Shown here piece by piece: positions 40,020-50,250 of a stretch of DNA of 64,000 nucleotides. The notes below the pieces were generated by a model that made no database searches, was not told where the DNA came from, and saw only the letters and a list, made by a program, of their open reading frames with translations. Each line of letters opens with the position of its first letter. The stretch's first letter is position 1. The position numbers were made by a program, and so were the translations under genes. The stretch spans positions 2,255,542-2,319,541 of the forward strand of contig NZ_JNLH01000001.1 in NCBI RefSeq assembly GCF_000703005.1, in the 5' to 3' direction. This DNA comes from Pseudobutyrivibrio ruminis HUN009 (lineage in GTDB: Bacteria > Bacillota > Clostridia > Lachnospirales > Lachnospiraceae).

Positions 40020-41420
40020 TTACTCAAAACTAAAATGTTCTGGAATATTCTTCATAAAATCCTTGCATAACTGAATTTCATCTAACATAACATCATGCCC
40101 TGGAGCGCCAACGGTAAGGCGCTTGTTTACGCAAGTCTCCATAGAAATCGCATCGAAGATATCTTCATCGAAAGCTTCAGAATAGCTTCTAAGCTCCTCC
40201 AAAGACATATCATCAATGGCAATCCCCTTATCGATGCAAGCCAAAACGATTTGACCAATGATTCCGTGTGCATCTCTGAAAGGCACGCCCTTATTTACAA
40301 GATAATCAGCTGCATCAGTGGCATTTGTAAAGCCGTTTCTAGCACTTTTTGCCATCACATCTTTGTTAAATTTGATTGTAGAAAGCATACCATCGAACAG
40401 AATTATGCAATCCTGCACTGTCTTCATAGCATCAAAGGACATCTCCTTGTCCTCCTGCATGTCTTTATTGTAAGCAAGAGGTATGCCCTTCATTGTAGTA
40501 AGCAGTGACATCAAAGCACCATACACACGACCAGTCTTTCCACGTACAAGCTCTGCAATATCAGGATTCTTCTTCTGTGGCATAATAGAGCTTCCTGTAG
40601 AGAAGGCATCATCGATTTCGATAAATCTGTATTCATTACTGTTCCAGATGATGATTTCCTCGGAAAAACGAGAAAGATGCATCTGGATAATACAAAGTGC
40701 TGATAAGAACTCAATAAGATAATCTCTATCGGAAACACCGTCCATTGAATTCAATGTAGGAATCTCAAAGCCAAGAAGCTTTGCTGTCATATCTCTATCT
40801 AAAGGATATGTGGTTCCAGCCAAGGCGCCAGAGCCCAATGGACAAGTGTACATTGATGAGTTGATGAAAGCCAAGCGCATAACATCTCTCTTAAACATTT
40901 CGAAGTAGGCTCCCATATGATGGGCAACTGTAATAGGCTGAGCCTTTTGAAGATGTGTGAAGCCTGGCATGATGGTGTCGATGTTTTCTTCCATGATGCC
41001 AAGAATTGTATTTAACAGGTGTTCCAAAGCTTTGGCTGTAGAGTTGACCTGCTCTCTTGTGTAGAGCTTCATATCAAGAGCAACCTGGTCATTTCTGGAA
41101 CGTCCAGTATGGAGCTTCTTTCCAGCATCTCCGATTCTATCAATCAGATTTGCTTCAACAAAGCTGTGTACGTCCTCATACTCAGATGTTATCTGAAGTG
41201 CACCAGACTTAACATCAGCTTCGATTCCATCAAGACCAGCAAGAATCTGATTTTTCTCATCATCTGTGATAACTCCAACAGATGCCAACATAGTAACATG
41301 TGCTCTGCTGCCTCTTACATCCTGCTCGAAAAGCTTTTTATCAAAATTGATAGAAGCATTGAAATCGTAAACAATTTGATCTGTAGCCTTGGTGAATCTT
41401 CCACCCCATAACTGCGCCAT
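40020..41420 (-). CDS. argH: argininosuccinate lyase
   Basis: MAQLWGGRF N-terminus and GSSIMPQKKNPD fumarate-lyase signature, 466 aa. Confidence 0.9.
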   Translation of the reverse strand: MAQLWGGRFTKATDQIVYDFNASINFDKKLFEQDVRGSRAHVTMLASVGVITDDEKNQILAGLDGIEADVKSGALQITSEYEDVHSFVEANLIDRIGDAGKKLHTGRSRNDQVALDMKLYTREQVNSTAKALEHLLNTILGIMEENIDTIMPGFTHLQKAQPITVAHHMGAYFEMFKRDVMRLAFINSSMYTCPLGSGALAGTTYPLDRDMTAKLLGFEIPTLNSMDGVSDRDYLIEFLSALCIIQMHLSRFSEEIIIWNSNEYRFIEIDDAFSTGSSIMPQKKNPDIAELVRGKTGRVYGALMSLLTTMKGIPLAYNKDMQEDKEMSFDAMKTVQDCIILFDGMLSTIKFNKDVMAKSARNGFTNATDAADYLVNKGVPFRDAHGIIGQIVLACIDKGIAIDDMSLEELRSYSEAFDEDIFDAISMETCVNKRLTVGAPGHDVMLDEIQLCKDFMKNIPEHFSFE

Positions 41421-41422
41421 AA

Positions 41423-42070
41423 CTAATCCTCCATACTTGCCTGTTGTTTCTGTAACTGTCTGTCTCTATAAGAATAGACACATCCGCAGTAATCCTGCCT
41501 ATACATGTCGTATTCCTTTGAAAGCTCAGTGCTTCGCTTATACCCTTCCCTCTTTTTAAAATCACTTGGAAGCCAAGGTATTTCTAGTTCTTCGGCGATT
41601 TTCATGCCGATTTCATTAAGCACCTGGGAATCTTTCATTGGTGATATTGTAAGCGTTGTTGTGAAAAAGTCAAAGCCTTTTTCTTTTGCAACCATCGCAG
41701 TACGTCTCAAACGAAGATCATAACACTTGTGGCATCTAGCACCTTTTTCCGGCTCATTTTCAAGACCCTTTGCTATTTCGTAGAAGCTGTCTTTATCGTA
41801 ATCTCCCTCAATAAAAGCAACCGGATGCTTGGTTGGAAATTCGTTGATAAAGCGTTGCTGTTCCTTTACACGATGATAATACTCATCATCAGGATAAATA
41901 TTAGGATTGTAGTAAAATACAGTAACATTGAAATACTGAGACAAGTACTCTATACAGTAGCTACTACATGGACCACAACAGCTATGTAACAATAAAGAAG
42001 GCACTCGGCCTTCTTTTTCTAAGTTCTCTATTAATTTATCTAGCTTATTTTGATAATTTTGACGAATCAT
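41423..42070 (-). CDS. queH: epoxyqueuosine reductase QueH (DUF208)
   Basis: LLLHSCCGPCS and CHKCYDLRL cysteine motifs, 215 aa from MIRQNYQ. The longer ORF-track start would overlap the upstream small membrane ORF, so the exact start is uncertain. Confidence 0.75.
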   Translation of the reverse strand: MIRQNYQNKLDKLIENLEKEGRVPSLLLHSCCGPCSSYCIEYLSQYFNVTVFYYNPNIYPDDEYYHRVKEQQRFINEFPTKHPVAFIEGDYDKDSFYEIAKGLENEPEKGARCHKCYDLRLRRTAMVAKEKGFDFFTTTLTISPMKDSQVLNEIGMKIAEELEIPWLPSDFKKREGYKRSTELSKEYDMYRQDYCGCVYSYRDRQLQKQQASMED

Positions 42071-42410
42071 AACTTGACCAAATATATAAAAAAACAATTG
42101 CAAATATATAAACACATGCCATAAGGATCATGAAAGGAACCTGAGATGCCATGATGCCGCAGACAATCTGAGCAATGATGACAAGTCCATGAATCCAAAT
42201 AGGAATTTTATTAAGGCAGGCAGCAAGTGCAGCCTCCAAAATAACCATCACGCATGCCACTACTACATTAATCTTAAATGCAACGAGTGAAACTACGATA
42301 GCAACGATTGCGAAAATTCCAAGGGCTATAAGTGTAATTAAAGGAAGATTTTCTTTTGTGAAGAACTCCTTAATGTTAAATGCAGGTAAATTTTTCTTTT
42401 TTGTTTCCAT
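42045..42410 (-). CDS. small hypothetical membrane protein (3 TM segments)
   Basis: 121-aa ORF with three hydrophobic segments, ending just upstream of or overlapping queH. No recognisable motif. Confidence 0.35.
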   Translation of the reverse strand: METKKKNLPAFNIKEFFTKENLPLITLIALGIFAIVAIVVSLVAFKINVVVACVMVILEAALAACLNKIPIWIHGLVIIAQIVCGIMASQVPFMILMACVYIFAIVFLYIWSSYDSSKLSK

Positions 42411-42568
42411 TTTAAATCCCCACTAATAATAAATTTTGGTACAAGTGTCATTATAATAAAACATATTGATTTTCTCAACATTTTAATTGAGTTTTTAATT
42501 GATTTTTTCCAACCGTTATATTACACTTAATCTCGCATGGATTAAGGCTATATAGGCTTTTTTCATAA

Positions 42569-42641
42569 GCTCCGATAGCTCAGTTGGTAGAGCACCTCAC
42601 TCGTAATGAGGGGGTCGTCAGTTCGAGTCTGATTCGGAGCT
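42569..42641 (+). tRNA. tRNA-Thr (anticodon CGT)
   Basis: GCTCCGATAGCTCAGTTGGTAGAGCACCTCACTCGTAATGAGGGGGTCGTCAGTTCGAGTCTGATTCGGAGCT folds as a cloverleaf. 7-bp acceptor stem (GCTCCGA/TCGGAGC), D-arm GCTC/GAGC, anticodon stem CCTCA/TGAGG with loop CTCGTAA (anticodon CGT), T-loop TTCGAGT with G53-C61. No encoded CCA. Confidence 0.85.
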
Positions 42642-42704
42642 TTTATTTTACCTACATTACTATGGGTAAAGTAAATGTTATGAATGTATAAGGAGGATGA
42701 TTAA

Positions 42705-43772
42705 TTGGAATTTATTCAATTCGATCACGTATCAAAAAGCTACGGTAAGCAGCTAGTTCTTGATGAGCTAGACCTCTCCGTTAAGGAGAACTCTTTTGTT
42801 ACTCTTTTAGGTCCATCCGGCTGCGGTAAGACAACCACTCTTCGTCTTTTAGGTGGTTTTGAAAAGCCTGATTCAGGTAAGATTTATTTAAATGGTAATG
42901 ATATTACTGCACTTCCTGCAAACCTTCGTCCAATCAACACGGTTTTCCAGAAGTACGCACTATTCCCTCACATGACAATTGAGGAAAACATTGCCTTCGG
43001 ATTGAAAATCCAAAAGAAATCAAAAGAATATATCGACGACAAAATCAAGTATGCATTAAAGCTTGTTAACCTTGATGGATTTGAAAATCGTTCAATTGAT
43101 TCTCTTTCTGGTGGTCAGCAACAACGTATTGCCATTGCACGAGCTATCGTTAACGAACCAAAGGTTCTTCTATTAGATGAGCCACTTGGTGCTCTCGATT
43201 TAAAGCTTCGTCAGAGCATGCAGTACGAGCTTATGAAAATCAAGCAAGAGCTTGGTATTACATTCATATATGTAACTCATGACCAGGAAGAAGCCCTTAC
43301 CATGTCAGACACAATTGTTGTCATGAACCAGGGCTACATCCAGCAGATTGGTACTCCAGAGGACATCTACAACGAGCCTGAAAACGCTTTCGTTGCCGAT
43401 TTCATTGGAGAAAGCAATATTATAGAAGGAATCATGATTAAGGATGAGCTTGTTTCATTCCTTGGGGTTCAGGTTCCATGTGTTGATAAGGGATTCGGTA
43501 CTATGAAGCCTGTAGACGTTGTTATTCGTCCAGAGGATGTTGAGCTTGGCAAGCCAGGCGAAGGTTTCATGGACGGTGTCATTACCGACTGCTTATTCAA
43601 GGGTGTTCACTACGAATTAGATGTTCAGTGTGGCCAGTATGAATGGTTAGTACACACCACAAAGTACTTCGAAATTGGTCAGCACGTTTCACTAAACGTT
43701 ATTCCATTCAACATTCAGATTATGAACAAACCTGAATCAGAGGACGAGGAGGTACTTAAGGAGGATGATTAA
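42705..43772 (+). CDS. potA: spermidine/putrescine ABC transporter ATP-binding protein
   Basis: Walker [13 protein letters not shown] signature [10 protein letters not shown], Walker B LLLDEP, and a C-terminal TOBE-like domain. First gene of a potABCD-order operon. Confidence 0.85.
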   Translation: MEFIQFDHVSKSYGKQLVLDELDLSVKENSFVTLLGPSGCGKTTTLRLLGGFEKPDSGKIYLNGNDITALPANLRPINTVFQKYALFPHMTIEENIAFGLKIQKKSKEYIDDKIKYALKLVNLDGFENRSIDSLSGGQQQRIAIARAIVNEPKVLLLDEPLGALDLKLRQSMQYELMKIKQELGITFIYVTHDQEEALTMSDTIVVMNQGYIQQIGTPEDIYNEPENAFVADFIGESNIIEGIMIKDELVSFLGVQVPCVDKGFGTMKPVDVVIRPEDVELGKPGEGFMDGVITDCLFKGVHYELDVQCGQYEWLVHTTKYFEIGQHVSLNVIPFNIQIMNKPESEDEEVLKEDD

Positions 43773-44592
43773 TAAGCTACGCACTAGCTTTCTCGCCATG
43801 CCTTATGCAATATGGGTGTTGATTTGCACCATCCTTCCTTTGTTTTACATCCTTGGCTATGCCATCACAAATGGCGATGGAGGCTTAACAATTGAAAACC
43901 TTACAGCTATAGCAGATCCAGTTCATTTAAAATCACTCGGTCTGTCTATTCAGGTTGCCTTTATCACTACTGTTATCTGCCTTATTATGGCTTACCCAGT
44001 AGCTTTGATACTTCACAACCTTAAAATCACAAATAAAGGATTTATTGTATTTTTGTTTATCCTTCCAATGTGGATGAATTTCATGCTTCGTATCCTTGCT
44101 TGGCAGAATATTCTTTCCAACAACGGTATTTTAAACAGCATACTTACAGCACTTGGTCTTCCAACAGTGCACATCCTTTATACAAAAGCCGCTGTTATCC
44201 TTGGTATGGTATATGACTTTTTGCCATACATGATACTTCCTATTTACAACTCACTTTCAAAAATCAGTGACGATGTAATTGAAGCAGCTGCGGACCTTGG
44301 TTCAAACTGGCTAAACACATTTATTAAAATAACTATCCCTCTTTCAAGAGATGGAATTATATCTGGAATTATTATGGTATTCGTACCTGCCCTCTCATCT
44401 TTCGTTGTTTCCAACTTACTTGGTGGAGGAAAGGTATTATTAATCGGAAATGTTATTGAGCAAGAATTTACTCTCGCTAGAAACTGGAATTTAGGATCTG
44501 GATTATCAATCATCCTTATGCTATTCGTTCTTGCTTCAATGAGCATCATGAACAAGCTCGATGATTCCGAGAATGGAGGTATGCTTCTATGA
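43765..44592 (+). CDS. potB: spermidine/putrescine ABC transporter permease
   Basis: Six-TM BPD_transp_1 permease with an EAAxDLG loop ([14 protein letters not shown]); overlaps potA by 8 bp. Confidence 0.8.
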   Translation: MINKLRTSFLAMPYAIWVLICTILPLFYILGYAITNGDGGLTIENLTAIADPVHLKSLGLSIQVAFITTVICLIMAYPVALILHNLKITNKGFIVFLFILPMWMNFMLRILAWQNILSNNGILNSILTALGLPTVHILYTKAAVILGMVYDFLPYMILPIYNSLSKISDDVIEAAADLGSNWLNTFIKITIPLSRDGIISGIIMVFVPALSSFVVSNLLGGGKVLLIGNVIEQEFTLARNWNLGSGLSIILMLFVLASMSIMNKLDDSENGGMLL

Positions 44593-45377
44593 AAAAAATC
44601 AAAAAAGGCGCCTCTACTTTATACTTAGCATTAATATTCCTATTTTTATATGCACCAATACTTGTTCTCATAGTTTTATCATTCAATAATTCTATGTCAC
44701 GAACAGTATGGGGAGGATTCACCATCCAATGGTACCTCAATCTTCCTTCCAACGACACTATCATGGATGCTTTGTTCACTACACTCAAGATAACACTTTC
44801 ATCAAGCATCCTTGCTACAATCCTTGGTACATCTGCAGCTATCGGTATCAACCGCATGAAAAAGCGCCATGCCGCTATAATGCTTGGAGCAACAAACATT
44901 CCACTCTTAAATGCAGATATCGTTACAGGTATTTCACTTATGCTTCTGTTTACACGATTCTCATCACTTGGAGAGTTTTCAGTTGTACTTGCTCATATAG
45001 CATTTTCAGTGCCATACGTCATTTTCAATGTATTGCCAAAGCTTCAGTCTATGTCTGATGCTTGCTATGAAGCTGCTATGGATTTAGGTGCTACACCTTG
45101 GTACGCATTTTACAAGGTAATATGGCCAGAGATTTTTCCTGGCGTGCTTTCAGGATTTTTAATGGCATTTACAATGTCACTTGATGATTTCACAATCACA
45201 TACTTTACAAAGGGAGCCGGAGTCAACACCCTTTCAACTATGCTTTACACAGAGCTTAGAAAAGGTATTCAGCCAGAGCTTTACGCACTTTCAACTCTCC
45301 TCTTCCTTTTAGCATTCATGATGCTTATTGCTACAAACTTTAAAGGTTCTAAAAAGGAGGTATCAGCTAGACGATGA
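44589..45377 (+). CDS. potC: spermidine/putrescine ABC transporter permease
   Basis: Six-TM permease with EAAMDLGATPW loop; 4-bp overlap with potB. Confidence 0.8.
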   Translation: MKKIKKGASTLYLALIFLFLYAPILVLIVLSFNNSMSRTVWGGFTIQWYLNLPSNDTIMDALFTTLKITLSSSILATILGTSAAIGINRMKKRHAAIMLGATNIPLLNADIVTGISLMLLFTRFSSLGEFSVVLAHIAFSVPYVIFNVLPKLQSMSDACYEAAMDLGATPWYAFYKVIWPEIFPGVLSGFLMAFTMSLDDFTITYFTKGAGVNTLSTMLYTELRKGIQPELYALSTLLFLLAFMMLIATNFKGSKKEVSARR

Positions 45378-46441
45378 AGAAAAAGCTTATTATTATCTGT
45401 AGCCTCCTGTGTCTCACTTTTACTAGTTGCTTTTCATTCACAGCTTGTGGTAATGATGCAGCCAGCGACGACACATTAGTTGTTTTAAATTACGGAAAAT
45501 ATATCGAGGCCGATGTTTTAAAGCGTTTCCAGAAGGAAACCGGCATCACTGTAAAATACGAAGAATACGAATCAGTTGAGGATATGTACGCTAAATACAA
45601 AGCAGGCTCAATCAATTACGATGTAATCTGTACTTCCGATTACATGATTGAAACACTTCGTAAGGAAGGTGAGCTAATCCCAATCGATTACAACTCACTT
45701 CAGTATTACGAAAACATTGACCCAACCATTATCGAAGCATCAGAAGCCTTCGACCCTACTCACAAATACACCGTTCCTTACTTCTACGGCACAGTAGGTA
45801 TTCTTTACAACACTGAAAAGGTTGATGAAGAAACAGTTAGCAGTTGGAACTGCCTTTGGGACCCAGCCTACAAAAATCAAATCGTTATGATTAACTCACA
45901 GCGTGATGCATTTATGGTTCCACTGAAGTTGCTCCAGTACAATATCAACACTACTAGCAAGGCAGAGCTTGATGAAGCATTCGACATGCTTTGTGACGAA
46001 AAGCAGTATGTTTACGCTTATCTAATGGATGAAACATACGAATGCATGGTTTCAGAAGATGCTGCCATGGCTGTATGCTACTCTGGCGAAGCTGCTATGG
46101 GTATGGAGTACAATGACAAGCTTGCTTACACCGTTCCAAAAGAAGGTGGCAACCTTTGGATTGATTCATGGTTTGTTCCTCGTACATGTAAGCACTACGA
46201 TGCGGCAATGAAATGGATTGATTTTATGTGTGAGGAAGAGGCAGCCACAGAAAACTTTGAATATGTTTGGTATGCTACCCCTAATCTCACTGTAGCCGAC
46301 AACGAAGACGCTGAAACACTTGCAGACGAAACAGTATTCCCTACAAAGGAAACACTTGCTCGATGCGATTTGTACAACGCCTACGATGACGAAACATTGG
46401 ACTATACCACTACTCTTTGGAAAAAGCTCAAGGCATATTAA
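45374..46441 (+). CDS. potD: spermidine/putrescine ABC transporter substrate-binding lipoprotein
   Basis: Lipoprotein signal (LCLTFTSCFSFTAC), PotD/PotF-like SBP (LVVLNYGKYIEADVLKRFQKETGI, YVWYATPN); 4-bp overlap with potC. Confidence 0.8.
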   Translation: MKKKLIIICSLLCLTFTSCFSFTACGNDAASDDTLVVLNYGKYIEADVLKRFQKETGITVKYEEYESVEDMYAKYKAGSINYDVICTSDYMIETLRKEGELIPIDYNSLQYYENIDPTIIEASEAFDPTHKYTVPYFYGTVGILYNTEKVDEETVSSWNCLWDPAYKNQIVMINSQRDAFMVPLKLLQYNINTTSKAELDEAFDMLCDEKQYVYAYLMDETYECMVSEDAAMAVCYSGEAAMGMEYNDKLAYTVPKEGGNLWIDSWFVPRTCKHYDAAMKWIDFMCEEEAATENFEYVWYATPNLTVADNEDAETLADETVFPTKETLARCDLYNAYDDETLDYTTTLWKKLKAY

Positions 46442-47118
46442 ATTATGCAAATAGCATTGTTCTTTAAAGAATAATAATACAAACTGTCAGATAGAATATC
46501 TTCTTCAGGAACTTCATTTTGATTAACCATCGAAATCATTTCCTTAAGATCATCGATTCCTATCTGGCAGTTTTTCATTTCTCTATAAATCAAAACCTCA
46601 TGAATAGAACATGGAATTATGAAAAGATTCGATTTCATTCTTTCAGCGATATCTTTGATTACATCCTTATACAAAATAGCTGATGCTCCGTATGTTCCCA
46701 AACGATTAGATAATACCTGAAGCGGAATAAAACCATCCTCTATAGCTGCAGCATCATACATATCTTCTGCTCCAGTAATTTCTGCTATTGTAGAAAATAT
46801 TCCCTGAAACTTCAAACCAAGAATACGCTGAGTATTAGCACTTGCCGCATTCATCAAATCTGTCACGCTAAGATCAAGCATAAGCATGTGCTCATTATTA
46901 AGCATGAACCCCTTGAATTCATCCTCATTGTCACTAGGAAATAAATAATAGAACACAATGGCCAAATCCAGATATTCAACGTGAGGCACTTTCTCTAAAA
47001 GCTTCTTATTCCTCTCCTTGTTCATAAGCTTGTATATAATACGAGTTTTTGCCTCCTCAAGGTCTTTAAACATAAGGGCAAAATCAATTCTATCTATATG
47101 TAATTTTTCAGTAATCAT
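46438..47118 (-). CDS. hypothetical protein
   Basis: ORF with no recognisable motif. The ORF-track start at 47172 falls inside the recN terminator hairpin, so the start is moved to MITEKLHID (47118), which has a weak Shine-Dalgarno site. Overlaps the potD stop by 4 bp, convergent. Confidence 0.35.
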   Translation of the reverse strand: MITEKLHIDRIDFALMFKDLEEAKTRIIYKLMNKERNKKLLEKVPHVEYLDLAIVFYYLFPSDNEDEFKGFMLNNEHMLMLDLSVTDLMNAASANTQRILGLKFQGIFSTIAEITGAEDMYDAAAIEDGFIPLQVLSNRLGTYGASAILYKDVIKDIAERMKSNLFIIPCSIHEVLIYREMKNCQIGIDDLKEMISMVNQNEVPEEDILSDSLYYYSLKNNAICII

Positions 47119-47149
47119 AATAATATGATATAAAAAGTATTGGGATTTA

Positions 47150-47186
47150 TATAAAGAAAAAATGATCCGCATGTTGCCATGCGGAT
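47150..47186 (-). terminator. intrinsic terminator downstream of recN (ATCCGCATG-TTGC-CATGCGGAT)
   Basis: Perfect 9-bp stem and 4-nt loop, followed on the minus strand by TTTTTTCTTT. Confidence 0.75.
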
Positions 47187-47214
47187 ATTAATATATCAAG
47201 ATTCAATTTTAAAA

Positions 47215-48894
47215 TCAAGCTTTATTTTTATAGCTATTAGCTAATTCCTTCATTTCTCTGGCATTTGTAAGAACCGCATCTGTAATTGCACTACCGCCAA
47301 GCATTCTTGCAAGCTCCTGGATTGTATCATCGTCGTAAAGCTTTTTAATACCTGAAATTGTATGACCCTGCTCTACATTCTTTTCAATTAGGAAGTGAGT
47401 ATCTGCCATAGCAGCAATCTGAGGTAAATGTGTGATACAAATAACCTGATGCTTATCTGCTACAGTAGAAAGCTTTTCTGATACTGCCTGTGCAGTTCTA
47501 CCAGAAATACCAGCATCAATCTCATCAAAAATAAGAGTATCGATTCCGCCACCTGAAGCAAGAACAGTCTTAATTGCAAGCATAATACGGCTCATTTCAC
47601 CGCCTGAAGCAATATCCTTAAGTGGACGAAGTGGTTCACCTGGGTTTGTGCAAATCATAAACTCACCACTATCAAAACCATCTGCTGTGTAGTGATCAAG
47701 CTTTGTAAGATGCATTTCGAATTCAGAATTAAGGAAGTTCAAATCGCTCATTGCTTCCTGCATCTTTTTAGAAAGTTCTGTTGCACACTTTCTGCGAATA
47801 TCAGAAAGCTTCTGACATAAATCATCAAGCTCTTTTGTAGCAACATCCACCTTGTGCTTTAATTCTGCCAAGTACTCATCAAAGGATTCGAATTTAGCCT
47901 TCTTTTCCTGACGAGCAGCAAGTTCCTGTAAAACAGCTTCGATTGTGGAACCGTATTTGTCCTTGAGCCTGTTGATTTCATTAAGACGAAGCTCTACTTC
48001 GTTGAATCTGCCAGCATCAAAAGATGCGTCAGACATGTAGCTTGAAAGCTCTCTGTTGAAATCTGAAATAATGCTATCAGCGTCGTTGAGCATAGAAAGG
48101 AATTCTGATGCTCTGTCATCGATAGATTCTATATATCGTATATCCGATATTGCAGAACTGATGGCATCAGAAACACCGCCATCTCCTGCCATAGCTTCAT
48201 GAGCTCTACCAAAATATTCCATGGTGCGGCTAAAGTTCGAAAGACGCTTGTATTCATCCTCAAGCTCTTCATCCTCACCTATTTTTAAATTAGCAGACTC
48301 AATTTCGTTTATTTCATGCTCCAAAAGAACAATTTCTCTTTCCTTTGAAACATCACTTTGCTTTGCTTCTTCAAGCTCTGCTGTAAGTGTTTTATAATTC
48401 TTGTAAGATTCAGCGATTTTATCCTTTAAATCGCCAATTTCATTTTTAGCAAACTCATCTAAAAGCTCCATGTGGCGCTTTGTATTAAGAAGTGACTGAT
48501 GTTCCTTCTGTCCGTAGATATCAAGTAACAACGCCCCAACTTCTTTCATCTTTGCAGCTGGAACCTGCTCGCCATTAATCTTTCCAACGGCGCGAGATTC
48601 AGTGATTCTTCTAGACATAATCACTTCGTCATCGTATGGCTCCACTCCCATTTCTCTCAGAGCTTCCTTTGTACTTTCATCATTGATAAGGTATACAGCT
48701 TCCACAAATGCCTCAGAATCAGCATCTCTAAGAAAATCCTTAGATGCCTTGTCTCCAAGACTTAAATGAAGTGCTCCCAAAATGATAGATTTACCTGCTC
48801 CGGTTTCTCCCGATAAGATATTAAGCCCCTTAGAAAAAATAATCTCCTCTTCATCAATAAGGGCTAAGTTTTTAACGTGCAAACTAGCTAGCAT
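47215..48894 (-). CDS. recN: DNA repair protein RecN
   Basis: MLASLHVKNLALIDEEEIIF...GETGAGKSIILGAL Walker A, a long coiled-coil middle, and C-terminal signature/Walker B (LIFDEIDAGISG). Confidence 0.9.
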   Translation of the reverse strand: MLASLHVKNLALIDEEEIIFSKGLNILSGETGAGKSIILGALHLSLGDKASKDFLRDADSEAFVEAVYLINDESTKEALREMGVEPYDDEVIMSRRITESRAVGKINGEQVPAAKMKEVGALLLDIYGQKEHQSLLNTKRHMELLDEFAKNEIGDLKDKIAESYKNYKTLTAELEEAKQSDVSKEREIVLLEHEINEIESANLKIGEDEELEDEYKRLSNFSRTMEYFGRAHEAMAGDGGVSDAISSAISDIRYIESIDDRASEFLSMLNDADSIISDFNRELSSYMSDASFDAGRFNEVELRLNEINRLKDKYGSTIEAVLQELAARQEKKAKFESFDEYLAELKHKVDVATKELDDLCQKLSDIRRKCATELSKKMQEAMSDLNFLNSEFEMHLTKLDHYTADGFDSGEFMICTNPGEPLRPLKDIASGGEMSRIMLAIKTVLASGGGIDTLIFDEIDAGISGRTAQAVSEKLSTVADKHQVICITHLPQIAAMADTHFLIEKNVEQGHTISGIKKLYDDDTIQELARMLGGSAITDAVLTNAREMKELANSYKNKA

Positions 48895-48951
48895 TTAATT
48901 CTCCTTTTCTATGCCCGCGTTTCTGTGTAAAAGGATCCTTGCACCAACCTT

Positions 48952-49404
48952 TTATTTCTCGATGATTCGTTTTAGTTTCCCCATTAAAACGACAGTATCA
49001 TCAATGCTTCTGACAGCGCACATAATAGTATCGTCACCTGCTATTGAGCCAACTATTTCTGCAAAATCCATATGGTCCAAAGCTGCCGCAACAGCCATAG
49101 CCATACCTGAAACAGTCTTGATAACTAAAATATTCTGAGCGTTGTCCATTGAAACAAAACCATCCAAGAAAATACGAATATACTTTTCATTCATATCATC
49201 CTCGGTAGTCTTGTAAGCAACGTAACGTAGCTTTCCAGCTGCATCGGCAACCTTTGTAAGCTTCATTTCGCGTATATCTCTGGAAACTGTAGCCTGTGTG
49301 GCGTTAAATCCAGCTTCCTCAAGGCGAGCTGTAAGCTCCTCCTGAGTTCCTATTTCATTTTTTACTATTAACTCTAGTATCTTTGCCTGTCTTTCAATCT
49401 TCAT
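48952..49404 (-). CDS. argR: arginine repressor ArgR/AhrC
   Basis: MKIERQAKILELI...QATVSRDIREMKL winged-helix N-terminus and C-terminal oligomerisation domain (GDDTIMC). Confidence 0.9.
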   Translation of the reverse strand: MKIERQAKILELIVKNEIGTQEELTARLEEAGFNATQATVSRDIREMKLTKVADAAGKLRYVAYKTTEDDMNEKYIRIFLDGFVSMDNAQNILVIKTVSGMAMAVAAALDHMDFAEIVGSIAGDDTIMCAVRSIDDTVVLMGKLKRIIEK

Positions 49405-50250
49405 TTAAATCTCCTGCATCCTAGCTCGAATACGTTCCAAGAAATTAACGTTTTCTAACATAACCATGTTGGATGTAATCTTTGAACGATGGATTTTTAA
49501 AACCTCACCCTTTTTGAGAGTTTGTCTAAGAGTTCCATCGTAAATAATGTTTGCTTTTGGTTCGTCCTCTTCATGACGAGCCTCTATACTAACTTCAACC
49601 TCATCATTTGAGGCCAAAATAATGCTTCGTGAATTAAGTGTATGAGGGTTGATTGGTGTCAAAACAATGCAATCTGCATGAGGGCTAACAATAGGGCCGT
49701 TGGCAGAAAGATTATAAGCAGTTGAGCCTGTAGGTGTGGAAACAATAAGTCCATCACAATTGTGGGAATACAGCTGAATTCCATTTACCTTTACTGTAAG
49801 GTTTAACACATAAAGCCCTGCAGCATCAGATGCAACTACAATATCATTTAACGCTCTAAAACGATTGTCCTCATCACTAGAACAATCACCCTCAAGCATC
49901 ATTCTCTCATCAATCTTATAATTGTCGCTAAGTAATTGATCCAAGCAGTGCTCTACATTATCAACAGTCATATCACAAAGATAGCCCAAATGGCCGCAGT
50001 TAAGACCAACGATAGGAATCTTTCGATTTGTAACATTCTGGGCAACTCTAACTACTGTTCCATCGCCACCGACAGTAATGATACATTCAATATTATCACC
50101 AACAGTTACCTGTGTTTCAGAGCTGTCTGGGCAAGTGTCCAGATCAAGAATGCACATTCCGCCATGTGCAGAAATGTAATCACGAATAATGTTGATGTAT
50201 TTTTCATGTAAATCACTAAAAGACCTTGCAACAATTAAGAAATTCTTCAT
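49405..50250 (-). CDS. nadK: NAD(+) kinase
   Basis: GGDGT motif (ITVGGDGTVVR), NE/DGL-type motif (NCDGLIVSTPTGSTAY), 281 aa. Confidence 0.9.
   Translation of the reverse strand: MKNFLIVARSFSDLHEKYINIIRDYISAHGGMCILDLDTCPDSSETQVTVGDNIECIITVGGDGTVVRVAQNVTNRKIPIVGLNCGHLGYLCDMTVDNVEHCLDQLLSDNYKIDERMMLEGDCSSDEDNRFRALNDIVVASDAAGLYVLNLTVKVNGIQLYSHNCDGLIVSTPTGSTAYNLSANGPIVSPHADCIVLTPINPHTLNSRSIILASNDEVEVSIEARHEEDEPKANIIYDGTLRQTLKKGEVLKIHRSKITSNMVMLENVNFLERIRARMQEI

Noticed and set aside
42411-42568. AT-rich 160-bp region between the small membrane ORF and tRNA-Thr as a possible small RNA
   Set aside because: No stable hairpins or terminator. Most simply the divergent promoter region for the minus-strand membrane ORF/queH and the tRNA.
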